DNA of 63,583 nt, the filler included, from Reticulomyxa filosa (Eukaryota; Protista; Foraminifera): assembly GCA_000512085.1 (NCBI GenBank). It is 20 parts of 20 records of this genome, joined end to end, with 100 filler letters (N's around TTAATTAATTAA, not from the genome) between each part and the next. Parts side by side here need not be neighbours in the genome. Positions count along the whole stretch, not along the records: positions 1 to 8,976 come from ASPP01009687.1; positions 9,077 to 13,904 come from ASPP01008955.1; 18 more parts are not named here. One strand, 5' to 3'. A program made the position numbers and the translations under genes. Each line of letters begins with the position of its first letter. The stretch's first letter is position 1. Below the pieces are notes generated by a model. It did not search any database and had not been told where the DNA came from. It saw nothing but the letters and a program-made list of their open reading frames with translations. Positions 1 through 12,852 of the stretch are shown here, in pieces.

Positions 1-102
1 TTTTTTTTTTTTTTTTGTAAAATTTTCAATTTCAAAAAACACTTTTTTTTTTTTGCACTTTTTAAAATTCGCTTTTTTTTTTTTTAAGAAAATTTTTTTT
101 AC

Positions 103-601
103 CAGCATTGTTCACTAAATAATGCAACTGGTTGTGCTTTTTTACAAACTGCTGCGCGAAATCGCGAACAGATTGTAATGATCCCAAGTCCAATTCCATC
201 AATTCAATTCTTTCACTTACGTTGCTACTGTTATCTTTTTTTTCATCGCTTGATGGGGTGCTACTTGATACGCTTTTTATTATTTCGTCTTTCGCGTCTT
301 GTCCCCTTTTGGAATCCCTTTTGATTTTTCGTTGCATTTTTTTTTTTGGTACGACAATTACAAAAAAAACTCTTTAATGAGAATCAGCCATCATCCCAAA
401 AATGAAAATGACCCTTTTGCATTTTTTTTACCTGCAAGCCAAAATTATTGTCCCTCCATGAAGTGCTAACGCACGAGCAGTCTCTTTTCCTATCCCAGCG
501 TTTGCTCCGGTAATAATAACTACTTTACCGGTAAAATCAGTGCCTTCTGCAACCTGCTCAGCTGTTGACGAAGATCCAAATTTTTGATTGCGATTGCCCA
601 T
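103..601 (-). CDS. Short-chain dehydrogenase/reductase, retinol dehydrogenase/WWOX-like (5' part; continues past the left edge)
   Basis: Manual translation of exon 1 (601-432): [56 protein letters not shown], containing the TGxxxGIG motif. A GT-AG intron (431-318) keeps frame (C-R-D). Exon 2 reads ...[20 protein letters not shown]...LHYLVNNAG, followed by a GT donor at 102. Confidence 0.92.
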
Positions 602-3133
602 GACTACAACTTACTGAAAGTTTGCAAAGAGTACCACCGAAAGCTCAGTGTTCTAAGTAAAAAAATATTCTTGTTGTGGTCCTGCGCAAGTCTACTCGTT
701 TTAGTTTGAGGCAATTGAATGAACCAATTACAGTATTTTGCTTAATATCGTGTCGATAGTGCAAATATCAGAGACAGTCCAAAATTGTAAGGCATTTTGG
801 TCTGTGATGCGAAATATTTTCAGTTATCAAACCAAATATCAAAAAACCTACCTTTTTTCCACACAAAAATCCCTCAATGTCAGACTAATTGTATTTACCG
901 TTCCATATCTTTTGTTCAACACCGACTCAAAAACTTCGTGTGTGAAGTGGCACAAAGTGTAATACGAAAGATTGATACTCTCAGTAAAATTTCATAAAAA
1001 ATAAACTAAACAAAATAAAGGAATAACAAAACAACAACACAAAGAAGAAAGAGAAGTTGGTGGAAAATGAACTGAAGAAAAGTTTAGGAAAAGGGCCACA
1101 ATGTTCACTTGAACCTTGTCGTTAAGAGCGGGATCTTGCGCTAGACATCTTCTTATACGAATAGTATTGATTTTTTTGGTCACAACTAGGTTAACGAAGC
1201 AAACAGAACAGAATAATGTAAATTTCATAGTTCAATAACGTCGGAATATTTGGAATATATTGAAGTGATTGTCTGTGAAGCAAAGTCTTTTTCTGCTCAA
1301 GTTTTTGTTTTTACCTTATGCTTCGTTGTTTTTAATAATTTTTCTCTTGCGGGTGGCTCTATACATATACACGATAACACAAATGAAAATGTTTTGGATA
1401 CAGTTGAAGAAAAAGCAACGGAAAAAAGTACAAAATTTGTGTTTTAAAATATTGAGTTGGCAATTTAAAATAATATGTTTGCTGAATTGCAATGTAAAAT
1501 ATAAAATTTGGAATTGTATTCACAATTTTTTTTGCAAAAAATAAATGAACTACTTCAAAAAAAAAAAATTTAAAATGTGTTGTGCATGTGCTGTTTTTGG
1601 CACACCAGTGTACTTATTTAAATAAATAAAAAAAGTTATTTGTTTAAAAAAATATCTTACTTTTATTTTAATTAAATTTGTTAATAAATTGTACTTGCGA
1701 AAAAAATCAATTTCTATTTTCATTATAAAAGAAAATTGACAAATATGAAATCTTATTTCAACTAAATTTGATATAACAGTGCAGGCATAAACGCAAGTTA
1801 TTGAAGGTGACGTTTTGTGGCAAAAGTGCAAATAAACAATATAAATTTTGATCGATTTATGATGTTGCTGATGCTTCAACAGTTGCAAACTCATGAAGAA
1901 ATTTTAGATATCAATTAGATATGGTTTATCGATTTGCATTAGAATCCAACTGTCATATTAAAATTGGCAAAGTACTAAATCAATTTTGGGCCTCAATGTA
2001 ATATGCAATATGCATGTCCCTATTATAGTGATAAGTCTCTTGGTGCATGATATGCTCTAATATAGACGTTAGCTGGAACCATATATTGGAATGCGTGCGA
2101 CAGTCACATGAATTAATGCTGATATATTTGTTCGAATATATCCACAATAGCAGTATAAATATATATTATTTATTTTTTAAAAATTTCAGTATATATATTT
2201 TTGCTTCAAATCACATCGAACAATCAAAAGTAATATTTGTAAATAAGTTATACAAGTTGTTGAAGCAAAGCAAACTGTCAAAGGTTTTTACGTTGGATTT
2301 GCTGTACACTTTTATCAATCACAGTATCAAGAAAACAGTCTTTTCATTTTGCGTGTGTATGTAAGTTTTTGTATTGTGGGTTTTCTGCTGCTGAAAGAGG
2401 TGCGCAAACTTTAATACGAAAAGTTTTCCGCTCTTTTGAGCAATTTAAAACAAAAGAGTAATAAATTAAATAAAAGAGAAAACAAATAACAAGATTCAAC
2501 AAGTGAAAGAGGAAAGACAAGTCGTGAAAGTGAGTAGTGTGTTGTTAGAATAAAGGGGTTCCAAAGTTCACTTGGAGTGCGAGAACTGCTTATTACGACA
2601 TCATGAGTACTACAGTAGCAAATTGTTTCTTGAACAGAATATTCTTTCAAAGAAATTTTTTAAATTGTGTTATATCTTTCTTTTTTTCATTGTCTGGCAA
2701 CAAGTGATATCATAAATACTAAAAGGAAAAATTAATTTGTGCATTTTAAACTTAACGGAGCTATTTAAAGCTTATTTATTTTTTGCAGTCCAATAAGAAA
2801 AAAAACTTGAAAAGTTGTATTACAATTTTTTGCAAGATTATTCTGTCTACTTTTGTGAGCGTGGACAATCCATTCAAAGTTTCACGAAAAGATAGAACAT
2901 AATTTTTTTTTTTTTTTTTTTTTAACAGTTGATAGTGTTGTTATTTAATTATACTTTGAATAATTTCCAAAACTTGTGCTTAACGTTTCTGAACAAAAAC
3001 AAACCAAATGCAAAGAGAACAAAAAAAAGAAGGGATGAGATAAAAGGTAGTACGAAAGAGTAAAACTAAGTTCCTTCATCTTTTCCTTTTATGATATTGC
3101 CATGAGTATGACATATCAAATATAAAAAGATTT

Positions 3134-4635
3134 TTAAGAAAGACGTTGAATATGTCGGTTAAAGTATTTGAGAGTGGAATACATTGCAATCCCCAAGACA
3201 ATAAAGACAACTCCAACAATATGTTCCCACGCATAACTTCCATAAAACTGCGATGTGGTGGGATCAAAACAAGGGCACTGGGGATACGCAGTGTCACCAG
3301 AGCTGCAAGAAGATTGTTGCTGTCGAGTGCAATGACAAATGTGCAAGAAAATTCCACCAATTGCCAATGACAATAAATAAGTGCCAATGGATTTGGCTTG
3401 GCTAGCCACACCAACAATGACCGGTTCAATTTTTGCCAATAAAGCTACAGTATTCCATTGATACAATAAAGTGAGAAAAATCCCAAATGCTAAGAGAAGC
3501 AAATTGCATGATAGCCCATACACTTGATTTAATTGCACCCAAGGTGTCTGTTTTTCATATATCAAGGCTGCTGGAAAAATAAACAGCAGCGACAGCAGCA
3601 TTTTTAGACCCGTAATTTCAGAAGACTTCAGTACGGGAATATTCTTTTCTTTTCGAATCACACTTTTCTCGTTTCTTTTTATTTTATTTTATTTTTTTGC
3701 TAAAAATCCAATTTAAAAAAACAAAACATGAACAATACATTTTTTGAAATATACGTTTTCAAAAGATTTTTTTTTAAAAAAAAAATTAAATAATATATAT
3801 ATATGTATATCAGATATTTTATAACGATAAAATTTTGTGACTTTTCTTGTGAATAGAATTTCGAACGGACTGGCAATTGAACTGACCAGGTTGATAACAA
3901 GTGCATTCGCTTGGACGGCACCACTGTCGATCGAACCCCAACTATAAAATGCTGCTCCAACACCGACTAAACAGGCACAAATACCGGCCAAATAGGATGG
4001 CCTGTCTTGAGCGGCAAATAAATACGAGAACACAACAATATACACAATTTCAGTTGATCGCAACAACGCATGGACATCCACGGATGCCAGGTCAATACCG
4101 ATATTCGTCAATATTATCGAACAAGCAAAACACAAACTTGGAAGTATCATTGATTTTAATACGAACCACATACCATTTCTTGTGTTACAAATTCGGACAA
4201 TATTAGAATATTGTATTATCAACAACACTAATGCTACAAAAAGTACCTATGTTTTTTTTTTTTTTTTTTTAAATATACTTCTCTTATCCTCTTCCTCCTT
4301 TTTTTTTTCTTCTCAACTTGAATCCCTGACGTTGTTATTGGCCAATTATACACTTGGAATAATATTTTATTATAAAAAGGCAATAATGTTTGCAAAATGA
4401 TTGACCACACTAATAAAAACACATTGCTAATTGTCCAATGAGTCTCTTCTCGAAATGATCCTTGCGATGATCCTAACAATGACTTCAGCAGTCCTCTTTT
4501 ATTTTTTGTTGGCTCTTCTTCTTCTTCTTCTTTATCATTGTAGAGCGCTACTTTTTCTTCTTCCGGTACAGAGACATTTGAAGCACCAATCAATGACTCA
4601 GTACTCGCATTCGCGTGATCAGGATCTTCATTCAT
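3134..4635 (-). CDS. Triose-phosphate/nucleotide-sugar transporter family (SLC35-like, DMT superfamily), 3 exons
   Basis: Three consecutive minus-strand ORF segments separated by A/T-rich introns. Motifs FYNKILFQVYNWPITTS, CSIILTNIGIDLASVDVHALLRSTEIVYIVVFSY and VGVASQAKSIGTYLLS, plus about 10 hydrophobic segments. Confidence 0.8.
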
Positions 4636-5084
4636 AAGTCCTCACAATTTGACTGCTGCTTCAAAAAAAAAAGTCTCCCAACTTTTTGTACAACAGAAAC
4701 GACTGTAGTACTGCTTAAATGTTTGCAACATAATTATATTGCTTCTTTTGATTTATTATTTAAATTTAATTTCGTGTTAGATACGCATAAATTAAAACAC
4801 AAAAAAAAGTTGACTCAACAATTATGACACTTTTGAAGATTGTCAAAGATTTACAATTGATACCGCTCAACTTTTGAAAAAAGTCAAATGAATTAATTAC
4901 AACAAAAACATCAACACAAATATTGTGCATTTGCATTTCAAATAAATCCAACATATGAAAAAACCATATTTAATTAAACAGTCGTCCATTTCCATCAATT
5001 ACAATATTTTGTTTTGTGTATTTGAATAATTTTTGAACAACAAGTTTGAAAAAAAGATTTTTGATATAAATTTCGTTAACAAGA

Positions 5085-5330
5085 CTAATAAATTTTCAAA
5101 TGAAAATATTATTAATTTTATTATAAAAAGTGTGTTACATGTGATGATGTTGAAAGGTATAATTAAAATTAAAAATCATGATTATTATGCGAAAATACGC
5201 CCAATTATTGCCCAAGTCAAGGGCATTTTATTCATATAATTTTTATTTTTTTTTGAAAAATAATAATTTTTTGTCTAAAGAAAAATATTAATAGCCATGC
5301 CCTATTTATATAACATGAATCACACTTTTT
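5085..5330. repeat. Dispersed degenerate repeat, copy 1 (copy 2 at about 6920-7160)
   Basis: Collinear shared blocks: ttataaaaagtgt, catgtgatga, gcgaaaatac, caagtcaagggcatt, ccctatttat-taacatgaat-acactttt. Confidence 0.8.
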
Positions 5331-6919
5331 AAATATTTGAAAAATTATTATCATCACCAAAATATCACTATGTTAACATAAGTAATCGATATATTTGCAA
5401 TCTCTTTAATTGGTATTACATTATTTCAGTAGATTATCGTTTTGAATGAAAATATTGACAAAACGGACAAGTAATACAAAATTGTTTATTCATCAATGTA
5501 GAACCAGTTATAAGTATAATACATTTGAATGCTAAACGTGTTTAATATTCATCTGTTTTGTGTCAACTGCCTCAACAAAAATTCATTCAATTTATCCAAT
5601 TGGTATTTTTCATCTTGACAAAATGTTGTCAAGAAACTATAAAAAGGCTTTATTTTTGTATGTTTATGCTTAAGATCGATTAAAGAACCAACAAAAGTTT
5701 TCGTTTTAGTGGAGACTTGACAATGTTCAAGTATGAACATCTGTGAACCAGTTGTGAAACACAAACGAGCAATAATTTTTTGTGTTTTTACCAGCTTTTT
5801 TTTTTGAAGGAAATATTTTTTAAAGGCACGTTGAAATTATTTCATTTTAACCAAAATTTTGTGAAAGAGTGATCCACTCACTTGAGTTCAAATTACGAAA
5901 TAACATTTTCATTGTGGTGAGAAAAAAAATTGGAGCGCTTAGCACACTAAATTAAACCAGTTTTGCAAAAAAAAATGTTGTCCATTTTTTACCTTATATT
6001 TGTAACATACATCGTTTGAGTTTTTTCATTTTGTATTATCATAATCTGCATTTCATCTTTTTCATCTTGAATGAAACATTTTTACTTAAAATTTGTCAAG
6101 GAGATGTTTTTAGCGTGATAGATAGCTTATACACTGCACAATAAAAATGTAACAACTGTTGATTGATTTATGTTTATAATTTGATTCCACTGAAACAATA
6201 GCAAATGATACTTGTTTATTTGTTTCATGTTGAAGCAAATCGTAGTTAAAATTGCACTAATTGAATAGACTATAATCAAATAATTCATTTCTCAAAAATT
6301 TAAATTGTCCAATGTTTTTTTAATAATGTGTTTGATGCAAAAACTTTTTATTCTTGTACATTATTTTCCATATTCTAATTTATAATTAACAAAAAGAAAA
6401 TAGTACAAATGTTCTTCCTATTTCAACAAAACAAAGGTTGGTTAGCTTTAGTTTTCTTTTTTTGGTTTTTGCAAGTTTTGAATAGCAGAACTTTGGATCT
6501 TGGTTGATACATTTAGTGCCAAGTTGCAAAGGCTTTATTTAAATATTGTACAAGTTCCTTATATTACAATATCAAACTAACCATGGCTGAGAGGAAACGT
6601 TCCAAACTGTTGAAAAAAACAGTCCTTACTTGTTCTTTCAGCTTGTCTTTTTAAAGTTTTTTATCATTGCTTGTAAAAGTAGTGCGAGCATGGTACAGTT
6701 GCAGCCAGGTTTATTTTTTGTCTTTCCTTTGAATTGAAAGGAAGCTTGAAGATTTTAAAATAATTTCTTTGTCTTCTTTCGAATAAATGTAAAAGTGATC
6801 ACTCATTTTTGCTGTTGATTCTTTTCTCAGATGAATTCGAAACAAATTGGTTAATCTAATAAAAAATTTAGAAAATTTGTAAGGAATACCTATCAAACAC
6901 AAAAGAATTTGTTAATATG

Positions 6920-7160
6920 TTTCAATTCTAATTTTAATAAATATTCATGTTATAAAAAGTGTTTCGCATGTGATGAAATTCGGGCGTATAATTGAAATTT
7001 AAGTTTGTGTTTATCAGGCGAAAATACACAAAATTGTTGCACAAGTCAAGGGCATTCGTTTATGTATTTTTTTTTTTTGTAATTAAATATTTGTCCGGCT
7101 ACAGAAAAAGATAATGCATTTGTACCCTATTTATGTAACATGAATAACACTTTTTTTTTA
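6920..7160. repeat. Dispersed degenerate repeat, copy 2
   Basis: Same ordered blocks and orientation as 5085-5330. Confidence 0.8.
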
Positions 7161-7586
7161 CAAAATGCTTTATTTTTCATCTTTAAAAAAAAATTAATTT
7201 TATTTTGTGATAACATCTTTTGCACAGTAAATAACAGCACAATTAAATTTGTATGTTAGTTTTTTAAAATAAAATTGCTGGATGTGATAGTTGATTGTGA
7301 ATTTTTTTTTGCGGCCGACTGCGATAGATTTTCTATTTGAAAACTTTTCTTGTGTTGAATAAGCATAATCACTCTCAAAATACTCAATAAACTTTAACGA
7401 TTTTTTGCAAAAAACTATAAGTGAAATAACACAACAAATGCAAAGAGTCTTCATTGTAAGCAAGGGAGAATACTATAAAGAATATCTTGTTATGAAAAAA
7501 AGGTCAGCTTTTCACATGTGAGTAATTTTTCACAATGTGCAAATGCATCGATCTAGGAAAAGCACTCGATGTTTTTGACTGTGCAA

Positions 7587-8891
7587 TTACAATAAACGCC
7601 TCAGACAATAGATTGCAACAACCAATCCACATGAAGCAACAACAAGATTTTCGAAGGAACAAATTTGTAAGAATGAAGGTGCATAAATGTGATAAAATAA
7701 AAAAAGAGCATCCCAAATATGTTTCAACTCAAGATAAAACAAGGCCATGCCAATTGGCAAAAGAGTTTCTTCACTTGTCCGCAAGGCCTTCCAATAGATA
7801 TTTCGAGCTTTGGTAAGGTTGCGAAATTGGCTGTTAAAATGAGCATAACAAAGCCAACATCAAACATAGCTTGCCCATCATGACGCGACCGCAAAAAAGG
7901 TAATGAGAATATATCTTTTCAAAGTTGTCATCATTAACGGCTGTTTCATACAACAGGCATGAAAACGATTGATTTTGTGCAAGCACTGGAGGCCAGCCAT
8001 ACCAATAATAATCTCCAATAATTCGTAATGATCGACGCTCATGTTGGATCGCTGCAAAATGATAATAGCGATAGGCAATTGTTTTGCGTGACTGCTGTGC
8101 GAAAAGTGGATGACGTATGTAATAAAAGGAGCCATGTCCATGCCATGAGAGCCATGCCGCGTTGATTTGGCCATTTAAATATCCCTTTTTTTTTTAAATT
8201 GACAGATATTAATCAAAAAAAAAAAAAAGTCAATGTATTTGGTTTATACAAACCTGTTCCGCCATTTTTGCATAAACGATAAAAGCCTGATTGAATTTCT
8301 CAATTTCAAAGGCATTTCTGGCATTTTCCAAGTGGAATTTGACGGAATGATATTCAGCAACAAACTTCAAATATGGAATAGCTTTTTGACAATTGGGAGC
8401 ATTGATCCCTTCACCTTTCCACAACATATGTGCCAATTGATACATTGCCCTCCAATGTCCTAACATGGAAGCATTGTAAAAATAAGCAAAGGCTTTAGTT
8501 AAATTGGCAGCAATGGAAACCGCAACGGATGAAGAAGACGAATCGTCGTGTACGTCTTGCACTACAGAAGTGGAGTCAACTCCTTCGTAATAAATGAGCC
8601 CCAAATTCCAATAAGCATCGGACGAATTTTGGCTGGCAGCTTCGGTGAAATAGTCGATCGCTTTTGTAATATTGGCAGGTATATTGGGTGGCACTCCGTT
8701 CCAATAAAGAAAGCCCAGCGAGGCTTGAGCAAAGGGTGAGTTTTGTTTCGCCGCAAATTCAAACAGACGTACCACTTCGCTCATATTTTTTTCGCTCGCA
8801 AGTCCATTCCTTGATTAAGTGACACAATATTTGTGTTGTTATTTAATACAACATATCGTTTTCTTGTTACAATATCTTTCGTTATACATAT

Positions 8892-8936
<45 letters not shown>

Positions 8937-8976
8937 GTGTATGTTATGTGAACATACCAAATCATATGTGCCAAAT
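7587..8976 (-). CDS. SEL1L: SEL1L/Hrd3-like Sel1-repeat ERAD protein, 3' part, with two apparent frameshifts
   Basis: Sel1 repeats (AQASLGFLYWNG, AYWNLGLIYYEG, AMYQLAHMLWKGEG...CQKAIPYLKFVAE). Then YAKMAEQ|GYLNGQINAAW, RSLRIIGDYYWYG, GQAMFDVG, KARNIYWKALRTSEETLLPIGMALFYL and a C-terminal hydrophobic segment, collinear with the SEL1L C-terminus. Confidence 0.85.
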
Positions 8977-9076
8977 NNNNNNNNNNNNNNNNNNNNNNNN
9001 NNNNNNNNNNNNNNNNNNNNTTAATTAATTAANNNNNNNNNNNNNNNNNNNNNNNNNNNNNNNNNNNNNNNNNNNN
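8977..9076. other. Artificial contig linker 44N-TTAATTAATTAA-44N. First of 19; the others start at 13905, 15847, 17392, 25241, 26409, 27858, 30300, 32487, 34665, 36232, 41229, 44085, 45396, 46855, 51292, 54577, 55756 and 62424
   Basis: Identical 100-nt block each time. The core is palindromic and has stop codons in all six frames. Confidence 0.99.
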
Positions 9077-9304
9077 AAAACCCAAAAACAAACATAAAAA
9101 CAAAAACACAATCATAATAAAACATCTTTAAAATGTTAATGCTTTTTTTTTTTTCTCATAATTTTTCTTTCCTATTTTCACAACAAAGTCGCGATTTCGC
9201 AAAAACAATTTTCTTTTGTGCATCGCATATCCTTAGTAAACATATAGACATATATGTATATGTGTATATGTATTTGTGCGTGTGGGGATGGCATTTTTAC
9301 ACAG

Positions 9305-10756
9305 AAGAGCGACAGTAACAGTGATTCAAAGTCGAATCTAAGGTCAAGTAAGTTGATGAAACCTCACCGTATGGTAATGAAATCAGCGGTGAAAAGGCCT
9401 TATTCACAGTTGATAGGAAATAGGATGGAACATATGAATGGTAGTAATGGAAACAAAGGCAATAGCAATGGCAATAATAGTGAAGAGGAGGAATGTATTG
9501 ACTATGCATTTGGAATGGGGCAATACAAAAGTGGTTGTGATGACAAACAAAAAAGGAAAAAATGTGTGATAAATGAGTTGGAAGGAATTGGCGGACTGTA
9601 TGTTCGTTCTCATTCCTTTCATTCCATGTCCAATAGCAATCAAAAATATGACCAGAATTTGTCATCATCACCTAAATTGAAAGGTCATGATGCAGATATT
9701 GGAAAACACAATACAACGAAATTGGATGACAATTCTTTGTCAAACAAAACACAGGGGCAAACATTTACTCTGGAAAAGGTATCGAAACAAACGGAAAATT
9801 TTCACAATATTCAGGCGGACGGGGATAACTTGCACAATTTGATACAGAAAGATAAACATTCCCGTTCTCATTTCAATTGGAGTTCGAATCCACTGATCTG
9901 TACTGGAAATTATTATAAAAGTAATGGTAAAAATGAATCTTCCAAAAGTTCCAGTTTATTGATAGAGCATAAAATTATTGGAGAAAATAGCACAAAACAG
10001 ACATCTCGAAATGGTTCTGGTATTGAAATTGGTATTGGCATTGACATTGGTGTTGATGAAAACATTGCATTGAAAAACAATAGCAATTCTCAATTATCCA
10101 ATTTTAAAGCCACAACTACTGGAGCTCCTCATTCCAATGCACGTAATAATGATCATATTGAAGAAAATGGAGAAATTGATGATAGTGGTGAAGATAGCAG
10201 TCATCATGAACATAGTAGTGCCAGTTCAGACAGTGATGAAAGTATCGAAGAGCGTTTTTCTGCTGTTGGTAATATAGACAATCCTCAGATGAGAGTTAAC
10301 ACTATTGGTGTAACTACAAGCAATTTTAAATCATTAATGACCAAATCTATTGTTGGAATGGTGGACCGTGGATGTCAATGTGTAATTACTCAATCTGATT
10401 GTACTGATGATAAAGAAAAAGAAAAAGAAAAGAAAAAAGAGCGAGAAGAGGAAAAAGAGAGAGAGAAAGTAAGGGTAAAAGAAATTGAAAATCTAAACAA
10501 AGAAAATGCAATTCATTATGGTTATTTGATGGAACAAATGAAACGTGCTCAACATAGCTTGGAAAAAGTAAGGGGATTTGTTCGAATGCCACAAATTGTT
10601 GGGAGCAATATGGAAACTAAAAGAAAAACTAGCCGAAGAGGTCGTTCAAGAATTGCAAGAGAATTGAAAGGTAATTGCAATAACAACAAGATGCAAACTT
10701 ACATTCATTTGTGGGAGGCTGTTATTGAGGTCATGGAAGACTTACAAAATCAATAA
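9305..10756 (+). CDS. Hypothetical low-complexity protein (terminal exon) with a C-terminal charged coiled coil
   Basis: 500-codon open frame, S/N/D-rich, with an EKEKEK tract. Likely acceptor ...acacag at about 9304 after a (TA/TG)n intron. No recognisable domain. Confidence 0.7.
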   Translation, partial: KSDSNSDSKSNLRSSKLMKPHRMVMKSAVKRPYSQLIGNRMEHMNGSNGNKGNSNGNNSEEEECIDYAFGMGQYKSGCDDKQKRKKCVINELEGIGGLYVRSHSFHSMSNSNQKYDQNLSSSPKLKGHDADIGKHNTTKLDDNSLSNKTQGQTFTLEKVSKQTENFHNIQADGDNLHNLIQKDKHSRSHFNWSSNPLICTGNYYKSNGKNESSKSSSLLIEHKIIGENSTKQTSRNGSGIEIGIGIDIGVDENIALKNNSNSQLSNFKATTTGAPHSNARNNDHIEENGEIDDSGEDSSHHEHSSASSDSDESIEERFSAVGNIDNPQMRVNTIGVTTSNFKSLMTKSIVGMVDRGCQCVITQSDCTDDKEKEKEKKKEREEEKEREKVRVKEIENLNKENAIHYGYLMEQMKRAQHSLEKVRGFVRMPQIVGSNMETKRKTSRRGRSRIARELKGNCNNNKMQTYIHLWEAVIEVMEDLQNQ

Positions 10757-12352
10757 TTTTGCGTTACAAAATCTAACTTTTTTGTTATAAGTACGTATGG
10801 TTTATTGTTCAGCTTCCAACATTTAAAATTGATACCATTTTGCACAAAAAAATGACAAGAAATCGGTTGCTCCTCTTACAAATATAACGAAGCATTTTTT
10901 GAAAAAATTGGAGTGCAAAATTTATCAAGCAACGTCTCAGTTACTACAGAATTCAATCCATGTGCAAATTGATTGAATAGAAAGAATTATTTATTACTTT
11001 TTTATTGAAATAATTTTTTGCTGTGTCATTCCTTTTGGAGTGGCTTTTTTGTTTTATTTTTTTTATCAACACGAAAAAGATTCCTTGGAGAAAATGAAAA
11101 ATTGTGCAAATTTTGGATAGCTGTGTATGACGCCAATGTGTTTGATTATAATTTAAATCAAATTTGTTGTTATGTACTCGATTGAAATAACTAATAAATA
11201 CATCATATTTGTTTTTAATTTTTTATATTGTTTGTCCTATTTGATGTAGCAGCTGTAGGAATTTCCAAAAAAATGTTTGGCAAAACTGTGTAATAAGTTA
11301 GTTAATTTTGGCATCTTTCAACTAAATAAAGTGAATATCGATATATTAAATCAAATTAAGTGTATCTTTCGTCTGAATGTTTGCAATATAGCCAATAAAT
11401 AAAATATACATATTTAATCGACTTGCTTTTATTAATTTATTAATAGTAAATTCGTTATATTATGAAAGAGTTTTTTAATTTCTGCGATATTGTATTAATT
11501 ATAACGTGTATCGTACATAAATGTCTGGTTTGAACGTTATTATTTAATCTAATTTGCACTAAAAAAGTATATATTGTCACTTGTGGTATAAGTAATAGTT
11601 TTTTTGAATAGAAATGTTACCTTTTTCTACGGTGTATCATACTGAAGCATACGAGTCACGTTGTTGTTTTTTCTGAAATGAGATTATCTTTACATGACAT
11701 TTTACCACTGAGCATCAAATTAATACGATTTCATTGATGATATGCAAAAAATGTTTGCTTATTCTTTATGAACTATCAAAAAGGTCTAATTAGTTCAGAA
11801 GCGTATGTGCAACAATCTAAATGAAATGTAACTCGAGATCAGAACGTAAAATGCATTAAAAGAATAACATGTGCTTTCAGTTAGCAAAAAAGAACGCAAA
11901 TAAATTTGAAAAACAAACTAAGTCCATTTGCTGTTTAAAGTGTGATTTTCTTAAAAAATATTACAAGTGAGGGAAAAAAAGCAATTATATTTTATCTTAG
12001 CAAGGACAAGCAAATGAACAATACAAGCGCTTGAAATTCTCTGCTCAATCACAATAGTTCAAAACTGTGAAACACACGTGTTGTTTAGTTATGTCTTTTC
12101 AACACAAAGAAATCATGTTCCGCTCGACTCACAATTGAAATAACAAAAGATTATTAAACACATGAACACTGACCATTTATCTCGTTTAATCAATCACCAA
12201 CAAAAAAAAACACGGATGGGTAAAAGCAGTAAAGAGGGGAAACTTGCATTGCTCCAAACCAAAGGCAATGAACAGCGCAGTGAATTGTCAACTCCAAAAC
12301 AAAAGAATAAAAAGTAAATTTTTACTTTGTTCATTTTTGACATGAATTGACC

Positions 12353-12809
12353 TTAATCAAGTAAATTTCGCAACGCTTGCAACACGAGTTTGGACTTCCA
12401 CATATCTTTGGATTTGACGACAACGTTAAGTTTTCCGTTCGTAGCAAGTGATACTTCAGAGAGTACTTGTGCATCAAATACAGAGCAAACGCAATAGACG
12501 ATAGTACCTTTGCGGTCAACATTCCTTTGATGAACACAAATGATATTATTCACTTGCAGCCGAAGGCGAATGTCATTCCATTTATGGGTGGTTCCTTCCC
12601 AAATATATTGAACAGAGTCCTTTTCGGGTACAGCCGTCCATTTTTCAATAAATTCGGAGCTACCGATTTGTGGATTGTCGGTAAATAAAATGGGAATTGG
12701 GAATGATTCACTGTTAATGGATATTTGCCCTAAATTAGTGGCAATGGTTAACGTCATAGCTTGTGAATGAAACAAGTCGTAGGTACTGTCACTATTATTG
12801 TTATTACTA

Positions 12810-12852
<43 letters not shown>

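Noticed and set aside
1020-2640. Weak resemblance between about 1090-1112 and 2553-2576 (aagg...gttcacttg)
   Set aside because: Too short and degenerate to support by eye.
7535-7816. 93-aa plus-strand ORF
   Set aside because: It is antisense to the SEL1L C-terminus.
9021-9032. Recurring TTAATTAATTAA as a biological repeat, CRISPR-like array or piggyBac TTAA site
   Set aside because: Always flanked by exactly 44 N on each side; it is a synthetic six-frame stop linker.
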